Shown here: in pieces, positions 29,701 to 39,600 of the stretch | How the letters are laid out: every line of letters begins with the position of its first letter | Position numbering within the stretch: the first letter of the stretch is position 1 | Virus record (IMG/VR): IMGVR_UViG_3300004369_000009 | Span: 9,657 to 73,656 of that record | Origin: a virus | DNA: 64,000 nucleotides | Strand: one strand, 5' to 3' | The notes under the pieces: model-generated | Told to the model about the DNA's origin: nothing | The model's database searches: none | Seen by the model: only the letters and a program-made list of their open reading frames with translations | Made by a program: the position numbers and the translations under genes

Positions 29701-32700
29701 TCCATCATCTCCTGCTGTTCCATAAGTAACGGCGACAATATCAGTGGAAAGAGTTCCACCATCTTCTCTACCAACCGACAGTGGGTGTCCACTGTTGGAA
29801 GCATCAGACACATCAAATCTGTAAGTATTACCCTCAACAAATGTGAGAGACTGCTGAGTAACACCATTAATCTGATATACATTATCAGGAGGAGGTGTGC
29901 CAGGATTCGAGATTACAGTTACAGTGTAAGTGGCGGCAGGCACGTTGTACATAACGTGACCGTCATACTGACCGTCAATATATCCAGAACCAGCATTAGT
30001 AATGTTGCCAGTCCAACCATTAACGGTAAACGTTGCCGTGGCATCAGCAGCAGGAGCCCCAGAACCACCAGAAACATATTCAAGTTGTACAGCATTATAT
30101 TCGCCAGCAACATATCCACTACCACCATTAGTGATAGTACCGTCTAGCGACTGAACATTAATAGTAAATCGACCATCGCTACCAGCACCACCATAGAAGG
30201 TTACGGTAGGAGCTGAAGAATAGCAAACGCCAAATCCGATGATATCAATGGAAGAGATATTTCCTTTCTTCTTATCCAGAAGAGGAGCAAGAACAGCTTC
30301 TGTAACTGGAGTGCCACCACTCAGTTTATATTGAGGAGCAAAAGCATAACCAGCACCAGCATTAGTTACTGTTATGCCATTATCCTCTACCTGAGCAATA
30401 GGGAAACCAATAGTAGATGTGGCAGCAGCGCCACCGCCAGAGGTATCAATGGCAGCGTTGGTAAAGCTAATAGTTGGAGCAGCATTATATCCACTACCTC
30501 TACTGTCGATAGTAAAACTAGCGAGAGGAGATCCAACATAAAGAGTCAAAGTCGCAGCAGTTGTTGGAGACTGCGATCCATCTTCTTGGACAGCAACACC
30601 AGCACCCCTGTCGTACAGAGATCCAGGTTCGTTAATTACGACTCCAGTAATAGCACCACCACTAACAGTAGCAGTTGCTGTGGCTTGTACACCATCAAAT
30701 AGATGAGCTTCACCGTTACCAGCAGTAGAAGCAGTCAAAGAAATCGCGCCGCCACCTTGAGTGGCAGAAACTTGGAAACTAACACCCGCTCCTGTAAGGG
30801 GATCGGAAACTATGTTAACAACGTAGTAAGTAGTTCCGTCACTAAGACCAATATTTTGAGATCCAGAGTTTTGATTATAGACTACTCTGGTACCATTACG
30901 CATTGGGTGGTTAGCCAATACGATAGCGTTACTAACAATCTCAGTTTCAGTATCAAACGAGAAGTTGCCAGGAGCATCAACAACAAGACCAGGAGCAGCA
31001 GTATACCCTTCGCCGCCGTCGTCTACAGTGATTGCTTGAACATCACCATAACTGTAAAGAACAGCAGTGACCGATGGAGCAGAACCCTGAGGATCCTGAG
31101 GAGCAGTGAAGTTAACGGTTGGTGCGGAAACATAATTATCACCGCGAGCAGTAACTGTAGCAGTCTTCAGAGAACCATCCTGAAGGTCAAGCGACAGAGT
31201 AGCAGTACATACTACTGGGGCATTAGTGTCAGCATTAACTGTAGTAGCACCACCAGCATATCCATCACCAGGCGCGTCTACATTAACAGTAGCGACAATT
31301 TCTTTTGATAGATAAAGGTTGGTGTCAGATTGTACACCATAACCATTGAACCCACCACGTCTTTGACTTTGACCTTCATAGAAACCTAGGTTACCAGGAA
31401 CATCAGTCTTAAAGTTGGCAGCCTTTGGTTGATCAAAGAAGACAGCCTCAGTAAAGATGGCTTCAGCATTATATACAACGTCCTGGTTACCAGCAGGGTC
31501 AAAGATAATATCACCACTCGTAGTGGAGACCGTGTTACCAGCAAGACGCAGGTTCCCAGTTTCAATATACGCTGGGAAGATATTTGTAGTACCAGTAGCA
31601 TCAGACAGGGTGATGCTAGCGGCTTCCTGAGAAGTAGAGGTAGAACTAAAGTTAACGTTACCAGTTTCCTGGTCAACAATAAAGACGCTACCTACACGGA
31701 AGTCACCTTTTTGGTCAGTAGAGGAGTAGAAGACACGACCACCATTAAGTTCAATGACCTCATTACTCTGAGCAGCAAGAGATCCGTCGTTGGTGAAGTC
31801 TTGTCCAGAACCAATATAAGCAAAGTTGTGAGCAGTAAGAAGGAGTTTTACGCCGTTACCTTCAGCAACAACACCCTTATTACCGTAGACGTTTGCCGAA
31901 GCAATAGATCTCAGTTCAGCACCAAACTGGTTATAGTCAACCAGAGAAATGCCAGTAGCCGAATCGCCGCCGTCAGAACGGATATCTTTAATAGCAGATC
32001 CAGAGTCTATAAAGATCGTAGAGCCATCATTGGCGTTAAAGTGGAGCAACAGAACTGTAAAGATATCAGTTCCATACTCAACAGAAGGAGGAGTAAAGTT
32101 ACCAGTAAATCTAGCAGTACCTTTACTCAGTCTGATCTCATCAAAGTGACCAGCATAGTTTCCAGCATTAGAATAATCAGCACCAAGTTTAAGACCCTTC
32201 TCAGCACCGTAATTATTAGTATCAGTGTAGTTGGTACCTACTTGGTTACCAGCAACAAAGAGCTTTGTAACTCCATTAAATCTAGCAACAGCTATATGTA
32301 CCCAGTTGCCAGTTGTAAGAGATCCACCAGAAATTCGAGTTGTACCACCAACAGCATACTCAACAGTACCACCATTGAGTCTCAGAGTTGGAGCAGTGTC
32401 AGCAGCAGATCCTCTAAAGTCAAACAGAGTCTGAGTGCCAGCAAGAGAATTTGGATAGATCCAAGTCTCAACACAGAAGTTAGCAGTACCGAAACCAAAG
32501 TCAGCTTCGGAAGCATAGTTAACGTAGTCGCCAGTACCATCAAGTAACAGCGAACCAGTACCAAACTGCTTGATAGAATTATCTACCTGAGCGTCAGCAT
32601 TAGGTACAGCGGTCTTACCACCCTCAACGGTGGTTGTAAATTGACCCTCACCCTTACCACTCAGGTAAATGTAGTTACCATCGTTGAGGGTAATGAGACC

Positions 32701-33885
32701 GTAACCTTCGGATTTTTTATACGTTACGTTACCACTGGTTGTTCCAGACGCACCAGTGGAGAATGTAAATGTATTTGTGGTAGCACTAGTGATCTGATAG
32801 AAACCATCAGTAGCAGTGCCAGAAATAAAATCTGCGTAGATACGGTCATTTTGTACAAGACCGTGAGCATTTCTAGATACGGTTACTGTAGTCCCAGAAC
32901 GAGAATATGTACCAGACTGGAATTGATCTTCCAACTGGTAGATAGATTCACCAGCCGAGAATGTACCAGAAGTACCAGAAAGTTTAAGACGTGTTCTACC
33001 AGTGCCATATACACCTGTAGCACCCTGAACACCTTTAATACCTTCATCAGCAAAGTAGATAAAGCCGTTAAGCCACTCTACACGAACACCATTGGTTAGA
33101 TACAAACCAATAGAGTTGGGTACGATAAACGTACATTCATTGAAAAGAACAGCAGCTTCAATACCAGAGCTGCTAGCAATAGAACCATCCAGTTTGGCAC
33201 CACGACCAGCATCACCTTGCTGGAAACCATATGGATCCGAACCAGTAACTACACTACCCTTATTAAGGATAGTTACTCTTTGGACGTAGGCGCTTCTGCT
33301 GGAGTTCCAGCCATTCGCACATACAAAACCATATCCAGTATCATTTGTACTGTTGTAAAAGAAATCACGAACAGTAAGATCCTCAAGAGTGGTATCACCA
33401 TTGAGGACGAAAGCATTGAGATCATTTGTGCCGCCAGTTGGCTTAATCTCCGTTTGGCGAATTCCAGCTCCCCTAACATGAACCCCATCGGGGATAGTTA
33501 GAGGAAAGGTCTCAACATAAGTACCAGCACTAATTTCAATAGAATCACCAGACTGAGCCACGCTCAGTGCTTTAGCAACAGTTAGAAATGGAGTGTCGGG
33601 GTGTTTACCGTTTGCTCCACCACCACCCAGAGTCGTTACATCAGTACCATTTAGAGCGACAAACCAAGTTTGCCCAGGACCATTTGTAATGTCCGTGGCA
33701 AGCATCGCCGTAGTAACACTAGCAGGATTGGGTTCGGCGTTAGCCACCTCCTCAATCGTACCATTGTTATTGACGTATAATTTCTTGTCAGTAATGTTTA
33801 AGGCAACTTCACGATCTTCTAAATTAGAAGTCGTTGGAACTGCCTGAGCTGTTACTGAGCTTTTGAGTTTGATCCTCGTTGCCAT
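26701..33885 (-). CDS. Large tail fibre/structural protein (2394 aa) with beta-helix, LamG/ConA-like and cupredoxin-like domains
   Basis: PFLTVAKA...GDSI.ISAGTYVE beta-helix start; LamG motifs F..ETWIY, WVHIAVAR, GHFDEIRLSKG; GHPL...YICTNHANMG. Confidence 0.85.
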   Translation of the reverse strand: MATRIKLKSSVTAQAVPTTSNLEDREVALNITDKKLYVNNNGTIEEVANAEPNPASVTTAMLATDITNGPGQTWFVALNGTDVTTLGGGGANGKHPDTPFLTVAKALSVAQSGDSIEISAGTYVETFPLTIPDGVHVRGAGIRQTEIKPTGGTNDLNAFVLNGDTTLEDLTVRDFFYNSTNDTGYGFVCANGWNSSRSAYVQRVTILNKGSVVTGSDPYGFQQGDAGRGAKLDGSIASSSGIEAAVLFNECTFIVPNSIGLYLTNGVRVEWLNGFIYFADEGIKGVQGATGVYGTGRTRLKLSGTSGTFSAGESIYQLEDQFQSGTYSRSGTTVTVSRNAHGLVQNDRIYADFISGTATDGFYQITSATTNTFTFSTGASGTTSGNVTYKKSEGYGLITLNDGNYIYLSGKGEGQFTTTVEGGKTAVPNADAQVDNSIKQFGTGSLLLDGTGDYVNYASEADFGFGTANFCVETWIYPNSLAGTQTLFDFRGSAADTAPTLRLNGGTVEYAVGGTTRISGGSLTTGNWVHIAVARFNGVTKLFVAGNQVGTNYTDTNNYGAEKGLKLGADYSNAGNYAGHFDEIRLSKGTARFTGNFTPPSVEYGTDIFTVLLLHFNANDGSTIFIDSGSAIKDIRSDGGDSATGISLVDYNQFGAELRSIASANVYGNKGVVAEGNGVKLLLTAHNFAYIGSGQDFTNDGSLAAQSNEVIELNGGRVFYSSTDQKGDFRVGSVFIVDQETGNVNFSSTSTSQEAASITLSDATGTTNIFPAYIETGNLRLAGNTVSTTSGDIIFDPAGNQDVVYNAEAIFTEAVFFDQPKAANFKTDVPGNLGFYEGQSQRRGGFNGYGVQSDTNLYLSKEIVATVNVDAPGDGYAGGATTVNADTNAPVVCTATLSLDLQDGSLKTATVTARGDNYVSAPTVNFTAPQDPQGSAPSVTAVLYSYGDVQAITVDDGGEGYTAAPGLVVDAPGNFSFDTETEIVSNAIVLANHPMRNGTRVVYNQNSGSQNIGLSDGTTYYVVNIVSDPLTGAGVSFQVSATQGGGAISLTASTAGNGEAHLFDGVQATATATVSGGAITGVVINEPGSLYDRGAGVAVQEDGSQSPTTAATLTLYVGSPLASFTIDSRGSGYNAAPTISFTNAAIDTSGGGAAATSTIGFPIAQVEDNGITVTNAGAGYAFAPQYKLSGGTPVTEAVLAPLLDKKKGNISSIDIIGFGVCYSSAPTVTFYGGAGSDGRFTINVQSLDGTITNGGSGYVAGEYNAVQLEYVSGGSGAPAADATATFTVNGWTGNITNAGSGYIDGQYDGHVMYNVPAATYTVTVISNPGTPPPDNVYQINGVTQQSLTFVEGNTYRFDVSDASNSGHPLSVGREDGGTLSTDIVAVTYGTAGDDGAFVDIIVKPGTAGEVADYICTNHANMGSGITITSGSAGNYGTGLSADVTVSGGQITAIKSDGQGVDYAIGDTLSVNPFAMDTSGAGTGFVWTLAANDTTISSVTDISLAGGPYQVGMVLSVDSQNVGGSGSNFTYTVTDAGFVRDVTVVQGSEGYGYTAGEVLYPRIDPETEGNPFQISVGSTTTTGVWELTHDGSIVNPAFKVAGAKDPTYEPGTLSLGVGVPKIVMETEYGNITTDGNLTVKGNLVLGDDAAADTITVAANTTATGDTAQTGNFDLTGDMTIDGIFTQSGGASFLEELTGTLADGSAAAPSLALNTSPTTGLFWADTDIIGISNAGTETGRIGPAAYAVGTRFQVGSSAITASPLLDADPATNLVRIGSAATGLSISSTGLIEGNGTAADIGITLQPKGTGNVTIVGGTDKDFVLNDGTANELLKVDLDSGNAELSGHLTIGQRFRIDDFTLSNQSLALSSFGELVSFDTSGTATLFTNGSFTNVNITATGTGKGTGGQVDVVVTGGTITSVTIAAGGSRGRDYVAGDTITIDPAVIGTDPAQTVTITDVSGSGIDIKPQNRRNVRVDGTGTFIVPVGSTNDRPYSDDLYVGGIRYNTTTSQFEGYNGIDFVSLGGVRDVDQDTYILTEVTPGSDEDTFQFYSAGINSLSIDKDRFVLKSTRTIDVEGTLSINGTTGLDTLDVQRKGTSIVKVRTTKDLEITGGLYIKNQLAAGTVATFNDGSLGAADGTFNSSGNVYTPSQTFSAIAGISEFGGSGAAFNVITNVSGGITSITISTGGINYEVGETITIPGGLLGGAVGTDVTFTVATISNPDTAHGKISALQSELRFNLNGDKQFLNLDSNQADARLKVNRAYATGGVDYLTVLDSTASFVELNDARVEGGEITSFSTTATITQFEKTQYKGAKTLITLESDDGKVHMFEVTTVCAASGTVAHATVTNSITSDNDLMDASVSVAGNNVQISLAKSSQATSSSTFTGRYTTTKVKV

Positions 33886-34033
33886 TTATAGCATTCTCTG
33901 GTGAGTTTTTTTCTTGGTTAATACTATTTAACTGGTTAGTTAAATCGAGAATTTTCGCTTCCAACATAATGTTACTCAAGGTCAACTCAGAAACTTTACG
34001 TTGTAATGTAGCAATAATAATGTTTACATCCAT
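33824..34033 (-). CDS. Small coiled-coil hypothetical protein
   Basis: MDVNIIIATLQRKVSEL..NIMLEAK; typical small gene between cyanophage fibre genes. Confidence 0.65.
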   Translation of the reverse strand: MDVNIIIATLQRKVSELTLSNIMLEAKILDLTNQLNSINQEKNSPENAINGNEDQTQKLSNSSGSSNDF

Positions 34034-34045
34034 GTTAATTTAATT

Positions 34046-35734
34046 CTAGAACGTTCCACCATCAAGGACGTTACTCCAGACGGGGATCCCAGCAGAGGTC
34101 ACTGTCAGGATTTGGTAAGAGGTAGTAGCATCGCTACCAGTGCCAGGTGCTCCCATGTTGGCAGCATCGGTAACTTGGAAAGGATTAGCGGCGTTACCGT
34201 AGATGATACCATACTGAGTAAAGGTAGAACCACCAGTACCACCATACTGAACAGCAAGATCAGTATCAAGTTCCAGGTCTCCCAATACAACAGTACCGCG
34301 ATTACCATTTATACCGAATACAGTGCCAACATCGGTAGCATCTTCGATAAAGGTCCAAGCGCCTTGACCGTCAGCACCACCGCTGCGATCGTAACCAAAG
34401 AAGCCAAATTTGGCAGCACTACCATCATGGTAGTGAAGTTTAACACCACGATCAAGAGCGTCGTTAGTATCTCTTACAACTGTCAGTTGCTCACCAGCAT
34501 TACAGTCTGCAGTGAGAGCAGCACTCAGAGTAAGAGTATGGACTACTGGAGAACCAGCAGAAGAAATGTTGCTGATTGTGGTAGCAGCAGGAATACCAGC
34601 ACCAGAAATAGTATCGTTAATGGCAATACCATCTACTTTATCTACTTCAATAGTGGTAGCACCCGACAGAGCAGTAGTGGTTGCTGTCAGTACAGTAGTA
34701 GGATCACCCAGTTCAATGGTAGGATCGTTAACCGACATAGAAGCCGAATTAACAGTAGTAGTAGTGCCGTCGATCTGGAGGTCACCTTTGATGATAACCA
34801 GACCCTCAGCATCACCACCAGCGGGGAATGGGTCAATGATCAGTTCTGTACCAGAGGTGGTAGACAGAGCGTTACCATCGAGTCTCAGTTGGTCAATATC
34901 AATGTAACCAGTCTGAGCTGTGTTACCAGTAACAGTGCTAGTACCATTAAAGATAACGTTACCGTTGAAGGTAGTAGCAGAGTTTACAGTCAGGTTATCT
35001 GAGGTGGTATCACCAATGGTGGCATCACCATCAACAGCCAAACCGTTTGCCCAGACTGTACCACCAACACCTACACCACCAACAACTTGAACAGCACCAG
35101 TTGTTTGGGAAGTAGCAGCAGTGTTATCAGCAAACTTTACCTGAACGCCAAGATCAAACTCTTGATCGGCACCAGCCCAACGCAGTTTATCGAGAGTTGC
35201 CTCATCATAATAAACACGAGCGTCGTTATTAGTACCAAACTTTAGGGGGATGTCATCTTGTACCAACAGAGCAGCGGCGGCATTACCACCTGCTCTACGA
35301 ATCTCCACATCACCAGTAGTGTCGTTCCAAGCCAGTTCAATATCACCAGATGTACCGAACTCAAGTTCTTGACCGTCTTCCAGGACAACCTTACCAGCAC
35401 CGTTAGCGCCGAGGATTAGATCGCTATCGACTACGTTGGTGGTAATAGTATTACCATCAAGGGTAATGTTATCAACCAGGAATTGATCAACTTTGAGATT
35501 GCTGTCAACAATTACAGCACTAGATGCGGTTAGGGTACCATGAACCTGATCCAGAAGGTCGGTGAAATACTTACCACCAACTACCTGAGCAGCGGAGTTG
35601 TTATCACCAACAAAAAGACGGTCGCCCAGGTTACCTTGACTACCTGCGCCGACAGTTACGGCAAGTTCACCGTAGTTAATAGTACCAGGCGCAACTGTGC
35701 CTGTACTCCTTTTAATTAGAATTTCCGATGCCAC
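34046..35734 (-). CDS. Tail fibre-like structural protein (562 aa)
   Basis: N-terminal ILIKRS...P....GELA..LFVG anchor shared with the 2394-aa protein; ends DGGTF. Confidence 0.8.
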   Translation of the reverse strand: MASEILIKRSTGTVAPGTINYGELAVTVGAGSQGNLGDRLFVGDNNSAAQVVGGKYFTDLLDQVHGTLTASSAVIVDSNLKVDQFLVDNITLDGNTITTNVVDSDLILGANGAGKVVLEDGQELEFGTSGDIELAWNDTTGDVEIRRAGGNAAAALLVQDDIPLKFGTNNDARVYYDEATLDKLRWAGADQEFDLGVQVKFADNTAATSQTTGAVQVVGGVGVGGTVWANGLAVDGDATIGDTTSDNLTVNSATTFNGNVIFNGTSTVTGNTAQTGYIDIDQLRLDGNALSTTSGTELIIDPFPAGGDAEGLVIIKGDLQIDGTTTTVNSASMSVNDPTIELGDPTTVLTATTTALSGATTIEVDKVDGIAINDTISGAGIPAATTISNISSAGSPVVHTLTLSAALTADCNAGEQLTVVRDTNDALDRGVKLHYHDGSAAKFGFFGYDRSGGADGQGAWTFIEDATDVGTVFGINGNRGTVVLGDLELDTDLAVQYGGTGGSTFTQYGIIYGNAANPFQVTDAANMGAPGTGSDATTSYQILTVTSAGIPVWSNVLDGGTF

Positions 35735-35955
35735 TAGAAGGTGCCTCCGTTAACTGTGATGTTGTTCAGAACCGTTGTTGGGATAAATTTTGTTTTGTTG
35801 GAATCATAAACAAGCAGGCTTCCATCCTGTAATCCACCCAACGATGTGTCCGTCAAATCAATGTCCGCAAGTGCGCCAATAGTTCCGCCGCCACCGCCAG
35901 TGGCAACGCGGGTCACTCTAGGAACTGACTGATCTCCGAATCTTAATCTTGCCAT
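35734..35955 (-). CDS. Small structural protein (73 aa)
   Basis: LADID...LQDGSLLVYD...F; ends NGGTF; coupled to its neighbours. Confidence 0.7.
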   Translation of the reverse strand: MARLRFGDQSVPRVTRVATGGGGGTIGALADIDLTDTSLGGLQDGSLLVYDSNKTKFIPTTVLNNITVNGGTF

Positions 35956-36293
35956 TAGAGTGTAACGCCCTCCAGAACACTAACAGTACCTTCAAGCACT
36001 CTAGTTTTTAAGCCAGATGGTGCGGTGATGACAACATCATAAACATAACGACCAGACTTCATTGCTGCTGTCTGTGAGTTATTAAGAGAAAGTTGAATGC
36101 GTCCTGCGGTTTCGGGTGTAATAATTGCGGCAGTAACAGTGACCGCAGAAGAACTTGTGTAGTGCTTCTTAATCTTACATGCCGCAGAATACCCTGACAA
36201 ATTGAACTCGGTCCCGTTATCATTCTCGACTGAAAAGTCGATGGTGAAATCGGCACCTTGATAGATCAATAAATTGGATACAGCAGATGCCAT
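35955..36293 (-). CDS. Ig-like virion structural protein (112 aa)
   Basis: NLLIYQGADF...GRYVYDV...RVLEG motif, common in cyanophage tail regions. Confidence 0.75.
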   Translation of the reverse strand: MASAVSNLLIYQGADFTIDFSVENDNGTEFNLSGYSAACKIKKHYTSSSAVTVTAAIITPETAGRIQLSLNNSQTAAMKSGRYVYDVVITAPSGLKTRVLEGTVSVLEGVTL

Positions 36294-36315
36294 TCGCTAA
36301 GGTTTTTCTCTTTAG

Positions 36316-36322
36316 TATTTAG
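36316..36322 (-). promoter_or_regulatory. Late promoter CTAAATA
   Basis: Consensus in an intergenic gap. Confidence 0.6.
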
Positions 36323-36329
36323 CTCACTC

Positions 36330-36644
36330 TTATTTATCGTTCTTCTCAACTAGAAGTTTGAGCATTTCTTTCAACTCATTAATCTCATTCTTCAGTTCCT
36401 GAGTCTCAGAGACGTTGAGTTTATTCTTTTCCCTAGCCTGAATGTATTGCTGATAACCAGTCTTATCGGTATTGATAATCGCATTGGATTTAGGATCACG
36501 CCCTAAGTTTTCGTGACCCTCAACTTTCATCAATCCAAGTTCTGATCTAATATCTCTATTTTTTTCATACTCAGCTTTATCACGACGAGCGAGAACTTCT
36601 TGTTCCCGCCGTCTTACTATATCCTCAATTTTATCAAAGTCCAT
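36330..36644 (-). CDS. Conserved hypothetical protein downstream of the VrlC-like gene
   Basis: KVEGH.NL.RD..SNAIIN motif plus a C-terminal coiled coil. Confidence 0.75.
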   Translation of the reverse strand: MDFDKIEDIVRRREQEVLARRDKAEYEKNRDIRSELGLMKVEGHENLGRDPKSNAIINTDKTGYQQYIQAREKNKLNVSETQELKNEINELKEMLKLLVEKNDK

Positions 36645-39600
36645 TATGCCAGAGCGATAATTCTAAGATCCTTAACTCTTGGAATGTATGGCTGGTTATA
36701 ATTTCTCAGTACCAACTTCAGTTGGAATCCATCGAAAGCAGCCGCGTCATTCAGGGTGTACTCATAATCATTCCATACAAATGGGTCATTTTGGGGAACC
36801 ATTTTTCCGCTATCGGGACGACCATCAGTGTTGAAGAATTCATAGTTGATGTCGTCTGGATCGCCAGTGTAACCAGCGGGAACGAGTTTGTACATAGCAA
36901 TGATGTCTGAGAATTCAAATGTATTAGCAGACAAAGCAACCTTAACACCTGTAGACGAATTTTCCAGTCTAGCAAGTCTCGTGATGTATATAGCGGCGTT
37001 CTCATCACCGATACCCTTACTAGGAGTAGCGTAGTTGATGAGGTTAGCAGTCGTGGTGACACTCATGCGCTGGGTGTCAATAACTGGTGACAGATGGCTT
37101 ACATCCGAGAACATGTTCAATTCCAAGGTCAAAGACTTACCACCAGACATGTTGCTGATTTCATTCTGCTTGGAAGCGATAATCTTATGAGACAGGAAGT
37201 AGTTAATATCGTTAAGAGTGATTTCTCTCCAGGTAGAATCTGCTTGGAAAGAAGTTTCAGGGCTAACACCAGATGGGAAAGGACCACAGGAAGTACCGCT
37301 AGTGGCTCTTGCTCTAGCAGCAATCGAACATCCAGGTTGTACTTGAGTCTGAACTTGTGGCGTCAAAACATCCCAAGGGACATTTTGAGAAGAAAGAATA
37401 TTTTCACCACCACCATTGATAGTCTTATGGGACTTGAATCCAGTGATATTCAATCTATACTTATGGGGGCTATTCAGAGAAGAAAAACCACCGAAAGTAG
37501 TTGTGTGGTGAGTTCCATTAACTCTTGTCAGAGGAATACCAGCAAGGTTATAGCACTGAACAGCAGCGTTGGCAGTATGAGCAGTTCCAGAAGCGGAACC
37601 AGAATTGCTAGCGGCATCCCAGTTTCTACCAGATACGGTACCCGAGTTGTGACCCAGAACGTTAATTACCCAGTTAGGAGAACCATTGTTAATATACTCA
37701 TAAGCAATGATCTCATCGCCAATCTTAATGAATCCAGGATTGGTGTCAGAGACCGCAGGAGCGGCGTTACCAGGACCCGTGTTAGAAGCAGTCAGAGAAG
37801 CGGCTTGAGTGCTGTTGCCGCCGATACAGCGGTGGAATAGTGAGGCATCAGAGACAACAATCTGAGAAGCCGTAGCAGACAAATCGCTAGAAAGTACAGT
37901 GTCACCAATTTCAGAAATAACACCATCCAAGATTACATAGTTGGCATTACTCTGCATGCCGTGGTTGCTGTGGAAAACTTCAATGTATGCTTGATTGTCA
38001 GTTACAGCAATCGAGTTTGGCAGCAGTGGGAGGAAACCACCGTTGTTCTCTTCGAGAGTAGCGTTGTTCAGGAAGACTTGAGACTGGTTCAGAGTAGTGG
38101 GCAGAACAAAGTCTGCTCTGTAGATCTTGAACATCAGGTCTTCAAACTGAGAAGGTGTCCAAGTAGAAGCGTTCTGAGACTTGAACAGTACACCAATATA
38201 GGGTTGCTCAGAGATCTTCTCACCAGCATGAGCAGCGTCGATAGCATCCTCACCCAGCAAGGAGATGAACACCTTGTACTGGTTAGAGTCGGAGGTTACG
38301 ACAATACAATGCTCAGTTTGATGGGGAATATAAACGGGGGATTCAAATGTGAAGGTAGTAGGAGCCGAAGCATCAGTAGAAGTAACTACATCACCCGCTT
38401 TCTTAATGACCTTAGAGAAAGGAAGAATAGTCTGAGTTGGAATACCATTTTCTACCGTACGAATATCAATGGCAACAGGAATCTCAGAGTCCTTCTGCTG
38501 GAAGTACAGATCAATCTTAGTAAGGAATACACCACCCTCAAGCTCGTCATCTTGAATCAAGAAAGTTTGAGCCAATGGGTCAGACCACAGAGTCCTGTTT
38601 TGAGTCAATCTCTCCTCATCGAGTTTAGCATTACGAACCGAGATGATTGTTTCCTGAGTGGTCTGGAGAATACCAGTTGCGCTGTATTCGGTTTGAGCGC
38701 TGGACTCAGACTCACCAACAACTGTAGAATCATTAGTAGTATCCGACAAGCGGAATACACGAGTACCAGTCTTAAACTTGGGATTAGTAGATTTACTTGG
38801 ATCGGGGATAAAGAATGTACCTTTCAGGAAACCTGCCTGGTCAGTAACCAATCTTCTTTCCTTAACCTTTGCCTTAGCACCAGAAGACTGACCCACAAGA
38901 ATTTCACCAGCAATAGGATTGCCCGAATAAGCACCTAGAGCCTGAGCAGCAAGTGAAGTAGTGTCGAGATTAATCCAACCAAGGTTAGCAGTATAATCGT
39001 TAACTGATGCGATATTCTGGTTAGTGTATGGGTTTATAGTGTACTCATTGTTTGGCTCAAGAATACGAAGAGTCGCACCAGAAGTCAAACCTTTAACAGT
39101 TTCGCCAACTTGGAATGGAATACTATTGGTGTCAGAGTCATCATTAGGATTCTTAGTCACTTCCAACATCTTAGGTGTGATGTAAGACTTAACTGAAACG
39201 CCATCAAAGAAAGCATAGAAACGAGTTTTGGGCTTAAGTTTCTCTGCCTTAAACTCAATATTTCTAGAGCGCATATTTTGAATGTGCTCAACAGAAACAA
39301 CTCTATTACCAAGAGACTGCTGCTCAATGATAGGAGTAATTCTGTAACGGATACCACTTCTGGTCTGATCCGTTCTAACTCTAGAGAAACGTTCTGTACG
39401 AGTCGAACGATTCTTACCCTTACCTGTAGTAACTTGGCGACTAAACCAAATACGACCAGACCATGTGGTCTGCCAGGAACCCCATTGAATAGGAGTAATA
39501 CCATTCTGGTCCGCTCTCATATCACGGAGAGTGGTCTGGTAGTTACCCTCAACAGTTGGACCCTGAAGAGCAGCCAGAGATTTAGTATCTACCCAGTCAT

